64,000 nt of DNA from positions 5,653 to 69,652 of the forward strand of contig CANROX010000001.1 of NCBI GenBank assembly GCA_947632335.1, given 5' to 3'. Below the pieces are notes generated by a model. It was given only the letters and a program-made list of their open reading frames with translations. It was not told where the DNA came from and ran no database searches. Source of the stretch: an uncultured Clostridia bacterium. GTDB lineage: Bacteria > Bacillota > Clostridia > Oscillospirales > Acutalibacteraceae. The position numbers were made by a program, and so were the translations under genes. Below are positions 19,208 through 28,552 of the stretch, in pieces (position 1 is the stretch's first letter; every line of letters begins with the position of its first letter).

Positions 19208-21790
19208 ATGAAAAAGATAGTAACGGGAATTTTAGCCCATGTTGATTCGGGAAAAACAACCCTTACGGAGGCAATGCTGTATACCTCCGGCAATATAAGA
19301 AAACTGGGCAGGGTTGACAACAGGGACAGCTTTTTAGATAATTTTTCCCTTGAACGCCAAAGGGGAATTACCATTTTTTCAAAGCAGGCAATACTTAACT
19401 ACAGGGATACCCAGTTTACACTTATTGATACTCCCGGCCATGTGGATTTTTCTGCGGAAACAGAAAGAACATTACAGGTGCTGGACTATGCAATCCTTGT
19501 TATCAGCGGAACACAAGGTGTTCAGAGTCACACAAAAACTTTGTGGAAACTTCTTTCAAAATACAATGTTCCCTGCTTTATTTTTGTAAACAAAATGGAT
19601 ATGGAGGGCAGTGATATATCTCTGAATATGGCAATACTAAAGTCAAGGTTAAGCGACAACTGTGTGGACTTCAGCGATACCCATAGTGAAAGCTTTTTTG
19701 AAAATATTGCCCTGTGTGACGACTGCCTTTTTGAAAAATATGAGGGCGGCCAACTGGAAAGACGCCATATAGTAAAAGGCATCAGGGAAAGAAAAATTTT
19801 CCCCTGTATGTTTGGCTCGGCTCTGAAACTACAGGGTGTTCAGGAGTTTCTCAACTGCCTTGACCACTATACGGAGATGCCCTCTTACGGGGATGAATTT
19901 GGAGGCAAGGTATATAAGATTTCCCAGGACAAGGGTCAGCGCCTGACATTTATGAAAGTTACAGGGGGAAGTCTGAGGGTTAAGGAGGTTCTTAACAGTA
20001 CGAAAAATAAAAACGGGGAAAAGGTAAATCAGATACGCATTTATTCGGGGGAAAAGTTTACTGCCATAGATGAGGCAGGTGCAGGTACTGTGTGTGCAGT
20101 AACGGGAGTGACCTTTACTTCCCCCGGCGACGGACTGGGCATAGAAAAAAACACGGGACTTCCTGTGCTGGAACCTGTGCTTACCTATAAAATAAATCTG
20201 CCTGCCGATACGGACCCTCACACCGCCCTTGAAAAAATGAAAATTCTTGAAAGTGAGGACCCCCTCCTTAAAGTTCAGTGGAGAGAGGAATTAGGGGAAA
20301 TACAGGTAAAGCTGATGGGGGACATTCAGCTTGAAATTTTAAAGTCTGTGATTGCAGACAGATTCGGCATAGATGTGAGTTTTGGAAAGGGTAATATCAT
20401 ATACAAAGAAACCATCAGTAATACAGTGGAGGGTGTCGGTCACTTTGAACCCCTGCGCCACTATGCGGAGGTTCATCTGATTTTAAAGCCGGGAGAAAGG
20501 GACAGCGGCCTTGTGTTTAACACAAAATGCAGGGAGGACTTGCTGGACAAAAACTGGCAGAGGCTTATCCTTACCCATTTGTATGAGAAAACCCATATAG
20601 GCGTCCTTACAGGCTCGCCTGTTACGGATATGGAGATTACCCTGGTGTCGGGGAAATCTCACCCAAAGCATACCGAGGGCGGAGATTTCAGACAGGCAAC
20701 CTACAGGGCGGTAAGGCAGGGTTTAAGAAGTGCAAAATCGGTACTTCTTGAGCCTGTATATGAATTTTTACTTGAAGTACCTACTGAAAATTTAGGCAGG
20801 GCCATGTGGGATATTCAGCATATGAGGGGCAGTTTTGACAACCCCGAAACCCATGGGGAAATGTCAATCCTTACAGGAAAGGCCCCTGTTTCCGCTATGT
20901 ATGACTATATGAAAGAGGTTGTTCAGTACACCCACGGAAAGGGAAAACTGATGTGCAGTCTAAAGGGATATGAGCCTTGCCGCAACAGTGAGGAGGTTAT
21001 TAAAAATATTGGCTACGACCCAGATAAGGATACGGAAAATCCCTGTGACTCTGTTTTTTGTTCCCACGGGGCAGGACATAATGTAAAGTGGAATGAAGTA
21101 AAATCCCATATGCACCTTTCCTCCTCTCTCTATGCTCCAAAGGACAGGGAAAGTACCTATGATAACGAGAATCTTTCAAAGTACAGGGACAGGGAGGATA
21201 TTTTTGCCTTAGATAAGGAACTTATGGAGATTTTTGAACAGACCTACGGCCCTGTAAAAAAGAAAAATAATAATGAAGTTTATAAAAAGTGTATTGACTA
21301 TACACAATCAGCAAAAACTAAAAAGGATAAAAATAAAACCCCTCAAAATTATGAGGGGGAAGAATATATACTTGTAGACGGATACAATGTAATATTTTCC
21401 TGGGATAACCTTAGGGAACTGTCCAAGGTTACAATAGACGGTGCAAGGGACGCCCTGATAAACATTCTCTGCAATTACCAAGGCTATAAAAAGTGCAGGA
21501 TAATTTTGGTGTTTGACGCATACAAGGTAAAGGGAAACAAGGGGGAAGTGGAAAAATACAACAACATTGATGTGGTGTATACAAAGGAGGCGGAAACCGC
21601 CGACGCCTATATTGAAAAGGTGAGCCGCACCCTTGTCAAAAATTACAGGGTTAAGGTGGTGACCTCCGACGGCCTTGAACAGCTTATTATTTTGGGGAAT
21701 GGCGCTTTAAGGGTATCCTCAAAGGAATTTTTAGGTGAAGTAAAAGAGGCGGAGGAAACCATAAGGCAGATTATTTCCCAAAGTCACTAA
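19208..21790 (+). CDS. TetM/EF-G-like translational GTPase fused to a C-terminal Rae1/YacP-type NYN ribonuclease domain
   Basis: G1 AHVDSGKT, G2 RGITI, G3 DTPGH, G4 NKMD and G5 GSALK, colinear with TetM over ~635 aa. A K/N-rich linker follows, then ILVDGYNVI...ILVFDAY...ETADAYIE...VVTSDGLEQ, which closely resembles B. subtilis Rae1 (YacP). A TTGAAT-17-TAAAAT promoter-like element is at 19150-19178. Confidence 0.85.
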   Translation: MKKIVTGILAHVDSGKTTLTEAMLYTSGNIRKLGRVDNRDSFLDNFSLERQRGITIFSKQAILNYRDTQFTLIDTPGHVDFSAETERTLQVLDYAILVISGTQGVQSHTKTLWKLLSKYNVPCFIFVNKMDMEGSDISLNMAILKSRLSDNCVDFSDTHSESFFENIALCDDCLFEKYEGGQLERRHIVKGIRERKIFPCMFGSALKLQGVQEFLNCLDHYTEMPSYGDEFGGKVYKISQDKGQRLTFMKVTGGSLRVKEVLNSTKNKNGEKVNQIRIYSGEKFTAIDEAGAGTVCAVTGVTFTSPGDGLGIEKNTGLPVLEPVLTYKINLPADTDPHTALEKMKILESEDPLLKVQWREELGEIQVKLMGDIQLEILKSVIADRFGIDVSFGKGNIIYKETISNTVEGVGHFEPLRHYAEVHLILKPGERDSGLVFNTKCREDLLDKNWQRLILTHLYEKTHIGVLTGSPVTDMEITLVSGKSHPKHTEGGDFRQATYRAVRQGLRSAKSVLLEPVYEFLLEVPTENLGRAMWDIQHMRGSFDNPETHGEMSILTGKAPVSAMYDYMKEVVQYTHGKGKLMCSLKGYEPCRNSEEVIKNIGYDPDKDTENPCDSVFCSHGAGHNVKWNEVKSHMHLSSSLYAPKDRESTYDNENLSKYRDREDIFALDKELMEIFEQTYGPVKKKNNNEVYKKCIDYTQSAKTKKDKNKTPQNYEGEEYILVDGYNVIFSWDNLRELSKVTIDGARDALINILCNYQGYKKCRIILVFDAYKVKGNKGEVEKYNNIDVVYTKEAETADAYIEKVSRTLVKNYRVKVVTSDGLEQLIILGNGALRVSSKEFLGEVKEAEETIRQIISQSH

Positions 21791-21793
21791 GGT

Positions 21794-22873
21794 TTAAATA
21801 TAATTACAGCTCTCCCTTATAATTAATTTGCAGGGCAGTTCTATACGAACATTTTCCCTGTGCAGTCCCTCTTTTCTGTCCATAAGAAGATTTAACGCCA
21901 TGTGGGCCATTTCTCTTTTGGGAATATCTATGGTGGTAAGCATAGGGGAAGTGGACTGTGCCTCATAAATATTATCAATGGAAATTACAGAGGGTATATA
22001 TCCCCGCTTTTTATTGATTTTCAGAGCTTTTAGCACTCCTAATGCCGTGCAGTCATTGGCGCAGAATATGGCTGTGGGGCGGTTTTCAGAGGAAATGATT
22101 TTGTTCATTGTCTTAAAGCCTGCCTCTGTGGTCTGGAGTGTTGGATAAATATTGTCGTGGTTAAGGGGGATTTTGTGGCTCATAAGGGTTTGGTAATATC
22201 CTATGTATCGGGACTCATAGTTGCAGTCCCCTATGTAGGCTATGTTTGTATGCCCCAGGGATATAAGGTATTCTATTGCCTTTTCTGCCGCAGTTGCGCC
22301 GTTGCACACCACCTCGTCATACATGTAGTCCGTTGGATTTCTGTCAACCCCTGCAACGGAAACATATCTTTTTTTAAGTACGGGTATAAGCCGGGCAGGG
22401 CATTTCCCAAGAATGATAAGGCCTGTGTTTTCTTTGGTTTTAATATATGCAGTGCTGTTGCCTGTCTTTTCTTCTGCAATACTTTTGGAGGATTTATAGG
22501 GTATATGGGTCATATCCTTTCCCTTTTCCGTCAATTCCATAATGTCCGTAGAATTAAGAATACTGCCAAGTAAACAGCCGTTAATCAAAAGCTCTTCCTT
22601 AATGTTTCTGAAAACCTGGCTGAAAAAAAGGTCCTCTTCAACAGAGTCAAACCTGGTAATAAAAACATCAACAACAAAAGGTGTTTGTTCAGTGGTTTTT
22701 CCCTTTCTGAGATTTCTTGCAAAGGTGTTGGGGGTGTAATTGAGCTTTTTTGCAGTATCCCAAATTTTCTCTGCAAGGAGAGAATCGTTGCATACATAGT
22801 CGGGATTGTTTAAAACACGGGAAACCGTTGCAACAGAGGCCCCTGTCAGTTCCGCTATTTTCTTTAAGGACAT
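21794..22873 (-). CDS. LacI-family transcriptional regulator
   Basis: HTH MSLKKIAELTGASVATVSRVLNNP followed by a periplasmic-binding-fold sugar-sensor-type domain. I prefer the ATG at 22873 over the track's GTG at 22903, which has no SD, while the HTH begins right at the Met. Confidence 0.8.
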   Translation of the reverse strand: MSLKKIAELTGASVATVSRVLNNPDYVCNDSLLAEKIWDTAKKLNYTPNTFARNLRKGKTTEQTPFVVDVFITRFDSVEEDLFFSQVFRNIKEELLINGCLLGSILNSTDIMELTEKGKDMTHIPYKSSKSIAEEKTGNSTAYIKTKENTGLIILGKCPARLIPVLKKRYVSVAGVDRNPTDYMYDEVVCNGATAAEKAIEYLISLGHTNIAYIGDCNYESRYIGYYQTLMSHKIPLNHDNIYPTLQTTEAGFKTMNKIISSENRPTAIFCANDCTALGVLKALKINKKRGYIPSVISIDNIYEAQSTSPMLTTIDIPKREMAHMALNLLMDRKEGLHRENVRIELPCKLIIRESCNYI

Positions 22874-22888
22874 ACTATCACTCTTTTC

Positions 22889-22902
22889 TGAAATCGTTTT
22901 CA
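22889..22902. promoter_or_regulatory. LacI-family/cre-type operator TGAAATCGTTTTCA (copy 1)
   Basis: Near-palindrome that fits TGWAANCGNTNWCA, 16 nt upstream of the preferred LacI start. Confidence 0.5.
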
Positions 22903-22965
22903 CAATTTTCTATCATTTTCCTGCTGTATAATCCAACAATATCAGAAAATTCCTTTGAAATCAAG

Positions 22966-22979
22966 TGAAATCGTTTTCA
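22966..22979. promoter_or_regulatory. LacI-family/cre-type operator TGAAATCGTTTTCA (copy 2)
   Basis: An identical 14-mer lies 77 nt from copy 1, in the divergent promoter region toward the ABC transporter. Confidence 0.5.
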
Positions 22980-23054
22980 AAAATAGGTATTTATTTAAAA
23001 GAATATTTCTTTTATAATAAAAAAAGATGGATATTTTTTTGAGGAGAGGAAATT

Positions 23055-24026
23055 ATGAAAAAATTATTGGCCATTGTTTTAGCCCTATTTATGATGTTCA
23101 GCATTACTGCATGTGCAGGGGGCGGAGAAAAATCAAACGAAATTCACATTGGATATTTTAATAACATTACCCACGCTCAGGCGCTGCTTACAAAGGCAGA
23201 GGGTACTCTTGAAAAAAGTGTGGGAAAAGATATAAATGTAAAGTGGACTGCCTTTAACGCAGGCCCCGCGGAGCAGGAGGCTCTTTTTGCAGGAGATATT
23301 GATATTGGATATATCGGTCCTGTTCCCGCAATTACAGCTAACTCCAAGTCCTACGGAGATGTTCTCATTCTTTCCAGCGCAACCCAGGGCGGTGCTGTGC
23401 TTGTAAAGAGAAGCGGCTCGGATATTAAGAGTGTAAAGGATTTGGCAGGAAAGACCGTTGCAATACCCCAGATTGGCAACACCCAGCACTTATGCCTTCT
23501 TGACCTGCTTACAAAGAACGGCCTTAAACCTACAACTGACGGAGGAAATGTTACCGTAAGCGCAGTTGCAAACGCAGATGTTGCAAACACAATGGAGCGT
23601 GGAGATGTAGACGCGGCCCTTGTTCCCGAGCCTTGGGGCGCAACACTTCTTGAACAGGGTGCTGAAATGGTACTGGACTATGACCAGGTGTATTTACAGG
23701 GCAAGTATGATGTTGCCGTTGTAGTAGTAAGAAAAGAATTTATGGAAAGCAACCCGGATTTAGTGGAAAAATTCCTTGAAGTTCACAACCAGGCAACCGA
23801 AAACATTAATAAAGATACAAACAAATCCCTCCAGACAATTAACAAGGAGCTAAAGGAAGAAACAGGAAAAGCCCTTAGCGATAAAATTATTAAAGAGGCA
23901 TTTTCAAGAATCGGCGTAAGTACCGAAATTAATAAGGAGTCCATTACAGACTTTGCAAAAATCAGCAAGGAGCAGGGCTTTATTAGGGACATTCCAAAAG
24001 AGGAAGACTTATACGCCAAGCAGTAG
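23055..24026 (+). CDS. ABC transporter substrate-binding lipoprotein, NitT/TauT (NMT1/SsuA-like) family
   Basis: Lipobox FSITAC after the signal peptide; IGYFNNITHAQA...; a typical SsuA/NMT1-like fold signature by eye. Confidence 0.8.
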   Translation: MKKLLAIVLALFMMFSITACAGGGEKSNEIHIGYFNNITHAQALLTKAEGTLEKSVGKDINVKWTAFNAGPAEQEALFAGDIDIGYIGPVPAITANSKSYGDVLILSSATQGGAVLVKRSGSDIKSVKDLAGKTVAIPQIGNTQHLCLLDLLTKNGLKPTTDGGNVTVSAVANADVANTMERGDVDAALVPEPWGATLLEQGAEMVLDYDQVYLQGKYDVAVVVVRKEFMESNPDLVEKFLEVHNQATENINKDTNKSLQTINKELKEETGKALSDKIIKEAFSRIGVSTEINKESITDFAKISKEQGFIRDIPKEEDLYAKQ

Positions 24027-24038
24027 GAAGGTGTCTGT

Positions 24039-24779
24039 ATGTCAGTATTAATCAGTAATTTAAGCAAGCGATTTGATAACAGCGAACAGTCCACACTGAA
24101 CAATATAAGCCTGGAAATTGAAACAGGAGAGTTTGTTTGTATTGTAGGTGCGTCGGGCTGTGGAAAAACAACTCTGCTGAACCTTGTGGCAGGACTGGAA
24201 ACTCCCACAACAGGAGAGGTCATAGTTGACGGCGAAAAGGTAACGAAGCCCGGGGCAGACAGAACAGTAATGTTCCAGGAGCATGGATTGTACCCGTGGC
24301 TCAATGTAATGGAAAATGTAAAGTTTCCCTTAAAGCTGGCAGGCGCCCCCAAGGAGGAGCAGGAGAAAAAGGCAAACTACTATCTTGATATGGTGGGTCT
24401 TAAGGATTATAAAGATTATCCCATACACCAGATTTCAGGCGGTATGAGACAGCGTACAGCTTTGGCAAGAGCCCTTACAATGGACTCAAAGGTTCTCCTT
24501 ATGGACGAGCCTTTTTCCGCCCTTGATAAACAGACCTCAAACCAGCTTAGGGAGGAATTGCAGAGGATTTGGCTGGAAACCCACAAGACAATCCTCTTTA
24601 TAACCCATAGTGTTGAGGAATCGGTTTACCTTGCAGACAGGGTAGTGGTGCTGTCACCGGATACCGGCTCTGTTGCGGATATAGTTAAAATTAATCTGGA
24701 AAGACCGCGTCATGTGTACTCTCCCGAGTTTGTTGAATTAAGACATCTTATCCTTGATAAGGTCAGAGGGGACAGATAG
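24039..24779 (+). CDS. ABC transporter ATP-binding protein (NitT/TauT family)
   Basis: Walker A GASGCGKTT, signature ISGGMRQR and Walker B LLMDEPFSALD. Confidence 0.9.
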   Translation: MSVLISNLSKRFDNSEQSTLNNISLEIETGEFVCIVGASGCGKTTLLNLVAGLETPTTGEVIVDGEKVTKPGADRTVMFQEHGLYPWLNVMENVKFPLKLAGAPKEEQEKKANYYLDMVGLKDYKDYPIHQISGGMRQRTALARALTMDSKVLLMDEPFSALDKQTSNQLREELQRIWLETHKTILFITHSVEESVYLADRVVVLSPDTGSVADIVKINLERPRHVYSPEFVELRHLILDKVRGDR

Positions 24780-24781
24780 CT

Positions 24782-25537
24782 ATGAGTATAATAATTTTTC
24801 TTGTAATTCTTATTTTGGTGTGGCAGGGCTTTTATATGGTGGGAGTCGACTGGCTCCACCTCTACAAGCCCTATTCGGTTCCCTCCCCTTTGGGCGTGGG
24901 AAAGAGGTTTATAGAATTTTGCAGTGACGGCTCAATTTTCCAGTCTGTGGGAAATTCCCTTTTAAGGGGAATTGCAGGCTTTTTAATAGCCGTATTAATC
25001 GGTATTGTTGTGGGACTTTTAATCAGCCACTTTAAATACCTTAATAAAAATCTAAAACCCCTTATACTGGGTATACAGACCCTGCCAAGCGTTTGCTGGG
25101 TTCCCTTTTCCATACTGTGGTTCGGACTTTCCACCCAGGCAATACTGTTTGTTGTGGTAATGGGTTCGGCTTTCAGTATTTCAATTTCCGTTGACAACGC
25201 CATAAGGAATATTCAGCCCATATATACAAAGGCGGCTCTCACTATGGGAGCTACAAAAAAGCAGATGTACCTACATGTTGTTTTTCCTGCCGCCTTGCCC
25301 GAACTGGTAACAGGACTTAAACAGGGCTGGTCATTTGCCTGGCGTGCCCTTATGGCAGGCGAGGTTATGACAACCTCTATAGGCCTTGGACAAACCCTTA
25401 TTATGGGCCGTGACCTTGCGGATATTGACCAGGTTATGATGGTAATGATAATTATTGTGTTAATCGGCATACTGATTGACAAATGTATATTCTCTGTAAT
25501 TGAGAAGAAAATCCTTAGAAAACGAGGACTTCTTTAA
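24782..25537 (+). CDS. ABC transporter permease (NitT/TauT family)
   Basis: Six predicted hydrophobic helices with an EAA-like loop (ALTMGATKKQMYLHVVFPAALP). Confidence 0.85.
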   Translation: MSIIIFLVILILVWQGFYMVGVDWLHLYKPYSVPSPLGVGKRFIEFCSDGSIFQSVGNSLLRGIAGFLIAVLIGIVVGLLISHFKYLNKNLKPLILGIQTLPSVCWVPFSILWFGLSTQAILFVVVMGSAFSISISVDNAIRNIQPIYTKAALTMGATKKQMYLHVVFPAALPELVTGLKQGWSFAWRALMAGEVMTTSIGLGQTLIMGRDLADIDQVMMVMIIIVLIGILIDKCIFSVIEKKILRKRGLL

Positions 25538-25549
25538 TCCCCTAAAAAA

Positions 25550-25576
25550 GCCTGTGAGAAAATTTTTCTCACAGGC
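25550..25576. terminator. Bidirectional terminator hairpin between the permease and MATE genes
   Basis: GCCTGTGAGAAAATTTTTCTCACAGGC with A-rich sequence upstream and T-rich sequence downstream. Confidence 0.7.
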
Positions 25577-25582
25577 CTTTCT

Positions 25583-26920
25583 TTATGCCGACACGGCAAT
25601 TCCCTTTGTTTTCCACCTGTTTCCCCACCAACGGATTATCATCATAACTCCTCTGAAAATCTCGTCTGCGGCAAAGGCAATCCACAGTCCGTATATGCCC
25701 ATATCCAGCACTACAGCCATAATATATGAACCAAGCACGCTGATTGTCCACATGGAAAAAATGGCACAGCCTGTGGGGTAGAAAACATCTCCCGCTCCTC
25801 TAAGGCAGGCTATTAAAACAAGGTTGGTTGTCCTGCCCAGTTCAAGAAAGATGTTCATTATAAGTATGTTTGCCCCAAGGGAAATAATAATTTCGTTTTG
25901 GGTGAATATTCCCATAAGCTGATTTCTGAAAACTATTCCTATTGCCGAAACTATCATTGTTATAATAAGGGCGTTTCTGTAGGCGAGAAATCCCTTTTTC
26001 TTCGCCTTGTCAAGGTGATTTCCACCTACCAGATGACCTATAAGTATTTGTCCTGCCTGTCCTATTGAAACAGAGAATATATAGAAAAACATTGTTATGT
26101 TCTGCACATAGGTTTTTGTTATCAGGTCAATATCTGTCAGGCATTTTAGTACTATGGAGGTAATAACAAGCTGGGAAAGGTTGTAGAGAAAGCTCTCAAG
26201 AGCGGAGGGTATGCCTATCTTTAAAATACTTTTAACATCATCTTTTGGAAAGGGTTTTAACAGTTTAAAAATTGAGGGCTTTTCTATACTTTTAAACAGG
26301 ACTAAAGTAAGGACTGCCAATCCGATTACCCTGCTGAAGGTGGTGGCAACAGCTACCCCCATAACACCCATTTTGGGCATACCCAAAAGTCCCAGCACAA
26401 AAATTATGTCAAGGCCCGTATTTATTATATTCATACCCACAGTAACATACATGGAAATCTGGGTCATACCGTGGTTGCGGATAATTGTGGTTACGGCACT
26501 TAAAAGCGCCTGCAGAAAAATGGTGCCGCCCACCACAGAGAGATACTGTGAGGCGTAGTTAAGAATTTCTCCCTTTGCGCCGATAAAGGCGAGAAAGGGT
26601 CTGTTAAAAATAATAAGGAGCGCCGATATGGCCACACCGAAAATAAGGTTAAAGGTAAGGGAAAGGGCGGCTATTTTTGAAGCGCCTGTTTTGTTACCTG
26701 CCCCTAAGTACTGGGATATAAGTACAGCGCCTGCACCTGAAATAACGGTGAACACTATGGTGACTATGGAGATTGCCTGATTGGCAGTATTGACAGAGGA
26801 CGCCGCCAGGTCGTCGTATTTGCTAAGTACAAAAACATCTATAAAGCCCAAAAGCATAAAAAGGGCGGTTTCTATGAATATAGGCCAGGTAAGGCTGAAT
26901 AATTTTAGTTCCTTTTTCAT
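25583..26920 (-). CDS. MATE-family efflux transporter
   Basis: 445 aa, 12 hydrophobic segments and a MATE-like N-terminus (LTWPIFIETALFMLLGFIDVFVLS). Confidence 0.9.
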   Translation of the reverse strand: MKKELKLFSLTWPIFIETALFMLLGFIDVFVLSKYDDLAASSVNTANQAISIVTIVFTVISGAGAVLISQYLGAGNKTGASKIAALSLTFNLIFGVAISALLIIFNRPFLAFIGAKGEILNYASQYLSVVGGTIFLQALLSAVTTIIRNHGMTQISMYVTVGMNIINTGLDIIFVLGLLGMPKMGVMGVAVATTFSRVIGLAVLTLVLFKSIEKPSIFKLLKPFPKDDVKSILKIGIPSALESFLYNLSQLVITSIVLKCLTDIDLITKTYVQNITMFFYIFSVSIGQAGQILIGHLVGGNHLDKAKKKGFLAYRNALIITMIVSAIGIVFRNQLMGIFTQNEIIISLGANILIMNIFLELGRTTNLVLIACLRGAGDVFYPTGCAIFSMWTISVLGSYIMAVVLDMGIYGLWIAFAADEIFRGVMMIIRWWGNRWKTKGIAVSA

Positions 26921-27060
26921 AATAATTCTCGTTTCACAATGCTGTTTTTATTATAACACACAACAAATAAAAATAAATAAGAAAGATTAAAAAAACACTT
27001 TATTTTTACAAAAAAAAGGTGTAAACTATTATGTGAAAAAAGTATAGAGAGGAAACCCTT

Positions 27061-28518
27061 ATGAAGAAAAAGCAGATTAAGACTATCAGCATTATTATGG
27101 CAATAGTTCTGGTTTTGAGCGTTGTATTTTCTGTAAGTATCAGCGTATATGCTGACGATACATATAGGGGAAGTGAAACTTCTGAAACGGAAAGCACCCC
27201 ACAGTCTGTAAGTGAAAGTTCTACCCAGCCAACACCTACTTTAGATGTTCCCCCGACTACAGGGCCTCAGACTGTAAAGGTAGGCGATGTAAAGGGACTT
27301 AAAAAAAGTTCTTCCGGACTTACAAGTATTACAATTAAGTGGAAAGCTGTTAAAGGTGCTTCGGGGTACTATATTTACAGGAGAAATGCAGATAAACAGA
27401 AAAGTCTTGAAAGGTACAAAACTGTTAAAAAAACAAGTATCACCTTTAAGAAACTTTCTCCAACCACACAGTACCAGTACGGCGTAAGGGCATTTATAAA
27501 AAAGAAGGGCAGAAACTATTACGGAAAACTGTCTACCCTGCGTACTGCCACCAACACCCTTGATGTTAAAAAAATTAAGCTGAAAAGTGCAAGAAAGAAT
27601 ATTTCAGTACAGTGGAACAAGGTGAAAAAGGCAACGGGATATATTGTATACCGTGCAAGTTCGTCAAGTAAGGGCAAGTATGTTGAATATAAGAAAATTA
27701 AGGGTAACTCCAAAACCAGGTTTACCGACAAGGCTGTAAAGGCAGGCAAGCTCTATTACTACAGGGTTAAGGCATACAGAACATATTCCGGTATCGGAAC
27801 ATTTAAGTCCGGTTTAAGTACATCAAGAGTATTTACAACAGTAGGACTTGACGCTGTTAAGATAAGTGCGTCCTCAAAGCTCTACAGGGTTACTCTGAGC
27901 TGGAAGAAAAACAAGGCGGCAAATGAATACAAGGTTTACTATTCCAAAAATAAAAAGGGAAAATATAAAAAACTCACCACAACATCTTTAACAAGCTATG
28001 AAACAAAAGGACTTAAAAAGGGTACAATATATTACTTTAAGGTTGTTCCCTGCAAAGTTGCAGGAAAAACCACCTTTACATCTACGAAATATAATATAAA
28101 AAGCCAAAAGGTTTCAAATAAAATTTTTGGAAGAGCAGTTGGAAACAGTTATGTTGAGGTGGATACAAAGACCCAGCATATGTGGATGTATAAAAAAGGC
28201 AAGCTGATTACCGAAACAGATGTTGTTACAGGTAATGACGACGGAGTCCACAACACGCCTAAGGGTATATTCTCAATGATGAGCCACGATTCCCCCTCAA
28301 GGCTTGTGGGGGATACATGGGATGTTAATGTTTCCTACTGGATGCAGTTTACTTCCGACGGATGCGGTATTCACGATTCTACATGGAGAGGCTCATGGGA
28401 ATACGGCGGAACTACATACAAGGGCAACGGTTCCCACGGCTGTGTAAATACCCCTTTGGATAAGGTTGCTAAAATCTTTAAAAATTCATATGTAGGATAC
28501 ACTGTAGTTGTAAGATAA
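27061..28518 (+). CDS. Membrane-anchored L,D-transpeptidase (YkuD domain) with three lysine-rich FN3-like repeats
   Basis: N-terminal TM/signal segment. Three copies of the pattern W..V..A.GY.(I/V)YR...Y.Y.V.A. C-terminal YkuD catalytic motif GIHDSTW...SHGCVNTP. Confidence 0.85.
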   Translation: MKKKQIKTISIIMAIVLVLSVVFSVSISVYADDTYRGSETSETESTPQSVSESSTQPTPTLDVPPTTGPQTVKVGDVKGLKKSSSGLTSITIKWKAVKGASGYYIYRRNADKQKSLERYKTVKKTSITFKKLSPTTQYQYGVRAFIKKKGRNYYGKLSTLRTATNTLDVKKIKLKSARKNISVQWNKVKKATGYIVYRASSSSKGKYVEYKKIKGNSKTRFTDKAVKAGKLYYYRVKAYRTYSGIGTFKSGLSTSRVFTTVGLDAVKISASSKLYRVTLSWKKNKAANEYKVYYSKNKKGKYKKLTTTSLTSYETKGLKKGTIYYFKVVPCKVAGKTTFTSTKYNIKSQKVSNKIFGRAVGNSYVEVDTKTQHMWMYKKGKLITETDVVTGNDDGVHNTPKGIFSMMSHDSPSRLVGDTWDVNVSYWMQFTSDGCGIHDSTWRGSWEYGGTTYKGNGSHGCVNTPLDKVAKIFKNSYVGYTVVVR

Positions 28519-28520
28519 AA

Positions 28521-28549
28521 AAATGGCTGACATTTTGTGTCAGCCATTT
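28521..28549. terminator. Bidirectional terminator between the ldt and cysK genes
   Basis: AAATGGCTGACA-ttttg-TGTCAGCCATTT perfect 12-bp stem flanked by A- and T-runs. Confidence 0.75.
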
Positions 28550-28552
28550 TGT

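Noticed and set aside
19208-21130. The TetM-like N-terminal region could be read as an acquired tetracycline ribosomal-protection gene on a mobile element.
   Set aside because: No integrase, transposase, conjugation genes, repeats or composition break flank it. It sits between the folate operon and a LacI regulator. It also carries an extra NYN nuclease domain, so a plain tet(M)-type resistance call is not supported.
22904-23054. A TPP riboswitch was expected upstream of the NMT1/ThiY-like ABC binding protein.
   Set aside because: No CUGAGA / ACCUGA THI-box elements are present. The region is short and AT-rich and contains cre-like operators instead.
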